A DNA stretch of 18,478 nt from the NCBI GenBank assembly GCA_024626585.2, contig JANKJI020000004.1:56227511-56245988 (forward strand), written 5' to 3'. Position numbers and translations under genes: made by a program. Shown here one piece after another: positions 10,361 through 18,478 of this stretch; position 1 is the first letter of the stretch; each line of letters begins with the position of its first letter. The stretch is from Ginkgo biloba (lineage: Eukaryota > Plantae > Ginkgophyta). The notes below the pieces were generated by a model that made no database searches, was not told the DNA's origin, and saw nothing but the letters and a program-made list of their open reading frames with translations.

Positions 10361-11162
10361 NNNNNNNNNNNNNNNNNNNNNNNNNNNNNNNNNNNNNNNN
10401 NNNNNNNNNNNNNNNNNNNNNNNNNNNNNNNNNNNNNNNNNNNNNNNNNNNNNNNNNNNNNNNNNNNNNNNNNNNNNNNNNNNNNNNNNNNNNNNNNNNN
10501 NNNNNNNNNNNNNNNNNNNNNNNNNNNNNNNNNNNNNNNNNNNNNNNNNNNNNNNNNNNNNNNNNNNNNNNNNNNNNNNNNNNNNNNNNNNNNNNNNNNN
10601 NNNNNNNNNNNNNNNNNNNNNNNNNNNNNNNNNNNNNNNNNNNNNNNNNNNNNNNNNNNNNNNNNNNNNNNNNNNNNNNNNNNNNNNNNNNNNNNNNNNN
10701 NNNNNNNNNNNNNNNNNNNNNNNNNNNNNNNNNNNNNNNNNNNNNNNNNNNNNNNNNNNNNNNNNNNNNNNNNNNNNNNNNNNNNNNNNNNNNNNNNNNN
10801 NNNNNNNNNNNNNNNNNNNNNNNNNNNNNNNNNNNNNNNNNNNNNNNNNNNNNNNNNNNNNNNNNNNNNNNNNNNNNNNNNNNNNNNNNNNNNNNNNNNN
10901 NNNNNNNNNNNNNNNNNNNNNNNNNNNNNNNNNNNNNNNNNNNNNNNNNNNNNNNNNNNNNNNNNNNNNNNNNNNNNNNNNNNNNNNNNNNNNNNNNNNN
11001 NNNNNNNNNNNNNNNNNNNNNNNNNNNNNNNNNNNNNNNNNNNNNNNNNNNNATGCAATGTAATTAGTAATCCTAACTATATTTTAAGCTCCAAAGGTAG
11101 GTGTAAAGGTGTAATCAACTTGTAAATTGTGCAAACAAAATATTAAAAAAACTAAAAAATGC

Positions 11163-11374
11163 ATTCAACTCATAATGATAATTTCAAATTTTAATTTTGT
11201 AATGATCATAACTACTTTAGGAAGTGGTAGTCTTGCTTATTTCAAATCAATGGCATTGATAACAATGTATTCTACTCATAATGATAATTTAAAAGTTTAA
11301 TTTTGCATTGATCATAACAACTTTAGGAATGTGGTAGTCTTGCTTTATTTCAAATCAAAGCCATTGATAACAAG
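11163..11374. repeat. Tandem duplication of a ~106-bp unit
   Basis: attc(a/t)actcataatgataattt...actttaggaa(t)gtggtagtcttgctt...cattgataacaa begins at 11163 and again at 11269. Confidence 0.93.
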
Positions 11375-13367
11375 TATGGTATTTTACATGCAGGTATTGA
11401 TATGGTGTAATTAAGATACCAACTTTAATGATGAAAGAGAAGGAAGGAGAATATGGTATAATGATGACTCACCATAATAACCTTCGAGTAGGCATTTATC
11501 ATAAACTTCTAGCATTCTAAGCATCCTTTTAAGAGTGATATTTAGGTTTTTTATGAATGTCCCTGAGACTAGAAAATGTATGATGGTTGTTGGCATTTGA
11601 GGTTAAAGCTCACGTATTATTAGAATTTATAACATACCAAGTTATAACATCCCAATGAATTTACAAGTCTAAAAGGGAAGAAAATCATTTTTATTTTAGA
11701 TATTGTGTGATCTCTNNNNNNNNNNAAGTTAATCAAGGCTTTAGTTTCAAATCAGGGTTACATCAATATTGGTGGGAGGAGGAATCAATGGGGTAGGTCA
11801 TACAAAATTACATATAAATTTCAAATGATTTCCACCCTTTCCTCTTAGACTTAGTGTTAATATGTAGCTCCTTTTAACTTTCATTGTTGTCATTTTCTAT
11901 TATTAATTTGATCGATTTGTCATTGTCTTTACATCTCATCCTTGTCAATATTGGTGCTTCTTACATTATATCACTCAAGAAGTAGAAGGGAGTTGGATCT
12001 ATAGTGTGGTCAATTATTATTAATATTATTTTTTTTGAAAACAAAGAGTATGTATTCATAATTATTAAAAAAAAAAAGTGTAAAACAATATGAATTCTTA
12101 AGGAGGATATTAAAAAATATATTAGTTTGGTTTTCTTGTAGATGTAATTATGCCTAAACTATTTGTTATAATAGTTAATGGTCAAGAGTTCATCTTACAA
12201 TTGTCATCTTTATCAAATGCTTGCCTTTTATTATGACCAACTAGTAGTCTGATAACTCTTATTTGTTGAACACTATTTAAAAAATAATCCAAGAACTAGA
12301 CTTTCANNNNNNNNNNNNNNNNNNNNNNNNNNNNNNNNNNNNNNNNNNNNNNNNNNNNNNNNNNNNNNNNNNNNNNNNNNNNNNNNNNNNNNNNNNNNNN
12401 NNNNNNNNNNNNNNNTTGAGTTTTGAGTCTTAGGACTAAATTTTAATTATTTTCTCATATTTATTATCTATTTTCTTATAAACATTAAATTTGGTTTTTT
12501 AGCAAAAGCTCAAACATAAATCTACTATATATTACCTTACATGTTATAATTATTGTTATCCCATAGTCATCCCAAACTCTCTTGCATTTGGAAATGACCA
12601 TCAAGAGAAGCATTAAAAGCCTCTAAACTCAAAGCCAACAATAACTAAATATTATCGATACGATTGATGATAAAAGGAAGGAAGGAGTGCTCTACAGTTC
12701 TTAGAGGTGTGTAGGTTGGTTAGGTTTTAATAGCATTTCCCTATGGGAGCCTAGAGGATGCCCTAACGCGGCCCTTCAAATAATCTCTAAAATCTTCCTT
12801 CCCATGTAATTCTTCAAAATATTTGTTAAAACGTTTATCTCAAAACAAGCTACTTCAAGAGGAATTCAAGTTTTCAAAAACAGATGCAACTCGTCACATA
12901 TCTATGAGAAAGGTCACCATGGGTCTTAGAAGGTGTTGGAAGTTTGACTGCAAAATGAATAGAGGAGTGTCGATGAAGAATAGAGAAATGGGAGAATGAG
13001 TGGTATGTTCTATGTTTAAATGCTGACTTTAAGAGGTTGAGTAGAGGACCACCATGAAGATATTTATGGGGAATTGATACTATAAGGCAATGGTAATGAA
13101 TGTGGAGTAAAAAAATGAATGCACCATAAATGAAGGACATATTCTATAAAGAGTTAATGAACATGAGAAAGAAATATCCACTGTAGATGAGAAGCAGAGG
13201 ACACTATGAATAGTTTGGATAAGTTCTTAGATGCCATTAATATCACTAATAAAAAAACTAACCTCTANNNNNNNNNNNNNNNNNNNNNNNNNNNNNNNNN
13301 NNNNNNNNNNNNNNNNNNNNNNNNNNNNNNNNNNNNNNNNNNNNNNNNNNNNNNNNNNNNNNNNNNN

Positions 13368-13930
13368 ATTTATGTTAAGCTACCTTTCCTCCCTATTAAG
13401 CATTATGTTATTAAGATTTTGGAAGGGATTGGAAACAAACTAGGGAATTTTAAGAAAGTTTTTTAACACACAAAACAAAAATGTCTCATCTCAACTTTTG
13501 CAAAGATTTTATGTGGAGGCGGATGTGAAGAAAGCCCTATGTAAAGCAATCAAGTTGAAGCTTTTAGAATCCACCCATGTTTAAATTATAGATTATAATA
13601 TGATTCCATTTAAGTGTAATTTTTATCATGAGTATGGACATTTTCGTAGAAATTATCCAAAAAAAGGTTAAGAGTCGAAGTAGGATGAAGGCTTTAATTA
13701 AGAAAAATATAAGGGTATCGGTCATAAATATAAATTCAACCCTAAAGAAGAGGGAAAGTGTAGGTTGTTAAAAACATTTTATGGTTTAAACTAGGAAGAG
13801 CCTTAAATCGAAGAACATTACTTGAGAGATGCAATGCCAAAATAAATAGAAGAGCGAGTGATGAATGGGGACCCAATTTAGTTAGGGGAAGTAAATCTTT
13901 TAATTGAAAAAGAAGAGAGTACTCATCTAG
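13368..13930 (+). mobile_element. Degenerate LINE ORF1 (DUF4283 C-terminus plus zf-CCHC_4 knuckle)
   Basis: IYVKLPFLP...ILEGIGNKLGNF...TFAKI/YVEAD...IDYNMIPFKCNFYHEYGHFRRNYP matches plant L1 ORF1 (WVxLPxLP...IGxxLG...FARICVEVD...CxxCxxxGHxxxxCP). The 3' boundary is approximate. Confidence 0.9.
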
Positions 13931-16001
13931 AGGAAGAAGAGAAGTTGTTAAGACTAAGAAAGAGATCCATGTTGAGAAGTGGAGAAAATCCCACTCAAAA
14001 ATGGTGAGGAACATTTCCAGGTGCATGGAGCCAGGGAAGAAACTCTAGTGGTGTAAGGAGCATTATTTCACCACATAATATTCCACCAAATATAATAGGA
14101 GATGTGTTAGGTCAATATAACTATGGCTGACTATCATTCACACTGACAAGAGGTCGTGGAGATGGTGGCAAGTTTGGTGCATAGAGGAGATCAATAGTTT
14201 ATTTTATATGTGGAGAAGCAGGGCACAAGTCATTTAAATGCCCAAGCCAAAATGATGACCGACACTAAAGTGATGAGAAAATAAGAGAAAACCTAGTCCA
14301 AGAGGAAGAAGGAGTCGATACATCCATGACAAATAGAGATGCATCAAGTTTGCTAATTGGTTGATCAATGTGGTCATCGACAATGAAGAAACTTGAGTCA
14401 TGTTAGTTGGATGGAGCATCGATGTCAAGGAGATATGGGAAAATAAATAGTGCATCGATGCCAGGGAGAGGGTCACTGATGAGAGAAAATAATTCATCAA
14501 CAAGCACACTAGGAGATGTGTCATTGAGGTGACACCAACAAATCGACGAGTCGTAGGTGATGTCAATGAAAAGCTAACAAATGGAGGAGCATAAAGAGAT
14601 GTCGATAAAGCACAAACCAATAGACAATTAGAGAGAAAACTAATAGACATTAGGTAAATAAACAAAAAATATAGAGAATGACTATAGGTTAGAATAGAGG
14701 AGGAGATTGTTTTAGACCAACTACAAGTCCAGTGATAAGAAATGCAAAGTGATTATAGACAACAATAGTTGCAAAAATATGGTGGTAATTGAGATGGTGT
14801 AGAAGTTGGGACTATAATTCTAAATACATAAAACCCCATATGAAACATCATGGTTCAATAAGGGGGGAGAAATCAAAGTTAAGGAAAGATGCTTAGTCAC
14901 ATTCTAGATTGGGAATTATCACAACCAAGTATGGTGTGATGTTGTCTCAATGGATGCCTTCCATGTACTTTTGGGAAGACCATGGCAATTTGATAGAAGA
15001 TCCATGCATGATGGGAGGAAGAATACCTACACCATCACTAAATACAATTGGAGATTCAAAATAATCCCATTGAGGGAGGAAGATCCACAATAGTCAGTTT
15101 TATCTACTAAGTAATTTATGAGGCAAGTCCACATGACCAACATTTGTTATGCATTGGTAGCCAAATTAGTGGACATAGAATAATGATCATAGATTTTGGA
15201 TCAAGCAAGGTTAATCTTTGAGGAGTATAAATTCATCACTATGGATGAACTACTAGTGGTGTTAGCACCTAACAGGGGTATAACCCATTACATGGATATG
15301 ATTCTACATTCAATCCTATCTAATTAAGTGATGTATAGGTTGAGTCCTCATGAGAATGAAGAGATGAACATGAATATTCAAGAGTTGTCTAAGAAGGGAT
15401 TCGTCTAAGAAAGCTTGAGTTCATGTGCAGTACACTACTGATCACAAATAAGGATGGATCATGGTAAATATGCATTGATTTGAGGGCAATCAATTGAATC
15501 AACATCGAATATAGATTTCCAATTCCTTGAATGGATGATATGATGGATGTGTTGGTTGGAGCGTCTTATTTTTCAAAGGTGGATTTGAGGAGTAAATATT
15601 ACTATATCTAAATCCATGAAGGAGATGAGTGGAGGACAACGTTTAAGATGCGAGATGGACTCTATGAGTGGAGAGTGATACCATTTGGGATATCAAATGC
15701 TCCAAGCACCTTCATGAACTTGATGATCACAATCCTAAAGTCATTATTGGGTATGTGTGTAATTGTCTATTTAGATGACATTCTATTTTTTCGTAAGTTT
15801 GCAATCAAACACAGGGAGCACTTGAAGCAAGATACTCTGAAAGGAGAGATCGTGTGTTAATTTGGAGAAGTTCAACATCTTCCAAAGAAGTTTAGTATAC
15901 CTGGCAATGGTGATTTCTAGAAAAGGATTAAAGATGGATCTGAAGAAAGTAAATGATATTAGAGTGGCCAATACTAAGGAGTATCATGGTGGTGAGGATA
16001 T
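13930..16001 (+). mobile_element. Degenerate Ty3/gypsy internal fragment, CRM-like chromovirus (gag C-terminus, zinc knuckle, protease, RT); no LTR seen
   Basis: Gag: EEKLLR, RGRG and YFICGEAGHKSFKCP (14200-14244). Protease region: CKVIIDNNSCKN, WCDVVSMDAFHVLLGRPWQFDR..HDGRKNTY. RT: KDGSW, YRFPIP, FSKVDLRS, GDEWRTTFK, GLYEWRVIPFGISNAPSTF, VYLDDIL. Ends at an N-gap. Confidence 0.93.
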
Positions 16002-16101
16002 NNNNNNNNNNNNNNNNNNNNNNNNNNNNNNNNNNNNNNNNNNNNNNNNNNNNNNNNNNNNNNNNNNNNNNNNNNNNNNNNNNNNNNNNNNNNNNNNNNN
16101 N

Positions 16102-17601
16102 AGTCAGGATTATACCATTGGTCTATTTATTTATACTTCAATGTAATGGAAAAGAGAATTAATGTTCCTTTTAAATTTGATCCACTTTAGGCCTCTCATC
16201 CAAACTTTTTGGACCAAATTAAGAAATGGTGGAACTAAGGGGACTTAGGTAAGGGATAATAGATGTACATGTTTATGAAAAGGTTACAAGTTTTCAAAGA
16301 AATATTAAAAGTATGGGTAAAGGAGAATTTTGATGACACACTCAAATAGAAGGAGACACTTGAGAGGAATCTTAAAGAAACATAGTTTCAAATTGGGGAG
16401 GAAGGGTTATCATAAGAGTTGTGGGAAAAAGAAAAATTTCTAATAGATAAATTGGATAAGGTGTTGAAGGTAAAATAAAATTTATGGATATTGAATTCAA
16501 GGATGTTATTGTTAAAAGTAAGTGACCAAAACACAAAATATTTTCATAAGGCTGCAGTTCAAAGAAGCTCTCACAATACCATTAAAAATATTGAAACAAA
16601 GAAAGGTCAATAGTTAGTTTTTGAAAAATGTATAAAGAGATATGCAATAGGTTATTTCAAGGAACTTTTATTTACTCTGACTGACTCCTCTATATGAAAG
16701 TATCCTTATATGTTGTAAGTAATTTCCAAAGTCATTTTGTATTCTCATAATGAGAAACTATGAAAGTATGTTGACATTGAGGGAGTAGTTTTCAAAATAA
16801 AAAATTCCTTGAGACAAAATTGTTTCTAAGCCAAATTTTACCAAGTAGCATGGGAATTACTAAGATATGATATTCTTAAGGTGGTATAAGAATCCAAAAT
16901 TTTAGGTTGTGTTAGGTGCATTGAATTCTACATTGTTGGCCTTAATTCCAAAAATTAAGAATGCAACCAGGTGGGAGCAAGTCAGTTTCTCTCCCTTTGT
17001 AACATGATGTATAAGATTATTTCTAAAATCATTGCTAATTAATTAAGGATTATACTTAAATAATTTATTTAATAGGAACAAAGTATCTTCATGGTAGGAA
17101 AAAAAATGGGGATAGGGTAATTATTTTGTAGGAGGAAAGGAGTTCCATTAAATAACGANNNNNNNNNNNNNNNNNNNNNNNTTCATTCTAAAATTGGATA
17201 TGGAGAAGGCCTATATTAAAGTAAACAAGAATTTGTTATTAAAGGTCCTACAAAATTTTGGCTTCTATAATTCTTAGATAAATTGGATGAGAGGAAATAT
17301 TTCTAATGTTAAATTTACCATCCTAGTTAATGGTCATCCATCAGAGTTCTTTAGCTCACTCAAGGAATTGAGGTAGGGGTGTCCACTATCATCTAGTATG
17401 TTTATCATAATGGTTTAAGTTCTAGGTCATAACTTAAATAAATTAATAAGTGAAGGAATCCTTTGTGGGGTAAATATAATAAAATATGTAAATAACTAAA
17501 CCCATTCATAGTTTATTGATGACATACCTTGTATAGGAAAAGGTTTAATGGGTGATCTAGAAAGGTTTAAAGACATAATGGATAGATTTTGTGAGGTATC
17601 A
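16102..17601 (+). mobile_element. Degenerate LINE ORF2 (end of endonuclease, linker and RT through the FxDD motif), 3'-truncated
   Basis: SGLYHWSI (SDHxPI), PFKFD, HPNF...KWW, DQNTKYFH, ALNSTLLALIPK, SLCNMMYKIISKIIAN, LKLDMEKAY, ILVNGHP, LR*GCPLS, HS*FIDD, FCEVS. Confidence 0.95.
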
Positions 17602-18478
17602 AAACTACTTCTTCTATACCATAAACAATTTAAAACAATGTGTAACCTATTCCCTTCTCATAACTTATCCTATAAGCCCAAAGTATAACATGTACCTTAT
17701 CATCCTAATTGTTCTTATCATTCATGCACAACTTAGTTAGAGAATTTATAAATATTTTATTGAATGCTTCAACCAATCCATTTTATTGTTGTTGGTAAGG
17801 GGTTGTATTTTTATGTTGGATCCAAAATTCATGCATAAATTCGTAAATTATTCTATTTAGGAAATGTGTCCCTTGATCACTCATAATTTGGACTAGGCAT
17901 ATAAACTGAGTAATGATGTTTTCATATAGGAAATTTATAGTTATCTTCAATGTACAGTCTTTGAATGGAGTTTCTTATTCCCATATCATAATGTAGTCAA
18001 TGGTTGTGATGATGTATCTAACTTAAGTTATTTTTACTTAGATAGGGAATGGTCTGACAAACTCTATTGCCTACTTATTAAATGGTGTTATAGGGATAAT
18101 AGGTTGTAAATGCATTTCATCTCTTCTTTTCAATGTACCTATTCTTTTATAATCATCAAATTTCTTTACAAATTCCCCAACATCTCTATATAGGATTTTC
18201 CACCAAAGACCTACTTGCAATNNNNNNNNNNNNNNNNNNNNNNNNNNNNNNNNNNNNNNNNNNCACCCTAGTAATGTCACCTTTCCATGCTTGCATGGGC
18301 TTCTTGCAAGATACTATCCATTTTATGCTTAAATATACATATTCTTAGGACTGAATTAACTCCCATTTTATATAGCAAACGTTTATCAATTAGTATCTTG
18401 ATTCTTTTAAGGATAACATATATTTTTCTTTCAGCGACATATTATTGGGTGCTTTCCCTTTAGCCAAGAAATAAATAA
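17602..18478 (-). mobile_element. Degenerate Ty3/gypsy integrase (non-chromovirus, Tat/Athila-related), continuing beyond the window
   Basis: Minus-strand translation gives ILQEAH, GLWWKILYRD, RRDEMHLQP...PFNK*AIEFVRP, YIITTIDY, FLYENIITQF, SDQGTHF, TTPY...NGLVEAFNK, ILWAYR and YGIEEVV, covering the H2C2 zinc finger and the rve core. Confidence 0.93.

Larger units (their letters stand above)
1680..18263. other. 14 assembly gaps; four are exactly 100 N (1680-1779, 7135-7234, 13268-13367, 16002-16101) and are probably placeholders of unknown size
   Basis: Direct count of N runs. Adjacency across these gaps is unproven. Confidence 0.9.

Noticed and set aside
8480-11125. Long ORFs in the track (8480-9190, 8548-9216, 10324-11058, 10337-11125, 10344-11063) and other X-rich ORFs
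   Set aside because: They are open only because they span N runs.
6846-12426. 11-bp inverted match (TCAAAACTCAA / TTGAGTTTTGA) as TIRs of a Pack-MULE carrying the sHSP piece
   Set aside because: The match is short and AT-rich, does not extend, and both ends sit beside gaps.
13742-14665. Hydrophobic minus-strand ORFs 13742-14026 and 14234-14665
   Set aside because: They are antisense to purine-rich retroelement coding sequence, which yields L/F/S-rich pseudo-membrane peptides.
1-18478. Protease (1-111) and integrase (17602-18478) as parts of one minus-strand element
   Set aside because: Integrase would lie upstream of protease, which is the wrong order for gypsy, and they are 17 kb apart.

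Overview
AT-rich, CpG-poor stretch of a draft eukaryotic scaffold with 14 N-gaps. The retroelement families and a plastid-type small heat-shock protein point to a large-genome land plant, probably a gymnosperm (inference). No complete host gene is present, and the window is mostly decayed retroelements. These are: a gypsy protease remnant (1-111, minus); a plant L1-clade LINE with ORF1 tail, EN, RT, zf-RVT and probable RNase H (1780-5890, minus); a second LINE on the plus strand whose ORF1 (13368-~13930) runs in frame into a CRM-type Ty3/gypsy gag-PR-RT segment (~13930-16001), with LINE ORF2 resuming after a gap (16102-17601); and a gypsy integrase (17602-18478, minus). Between them lie a tandem pair of tRNA-Glu-like, SINE-like units (7910-8450), an intact but headless C-terminal half of an HSP21-like sHSP gene (9631-9828, missed by the ORF track) abutting a gag-like remnant, and two tandem repeats. 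I see no demonstrably new functional system. The best leads are the in-frame LINE-ORF1/CRM chimera, the orphan sHSP half-gene and the SINE-like dimer. All family assignments come from manual translation and motif recall, not database searches.
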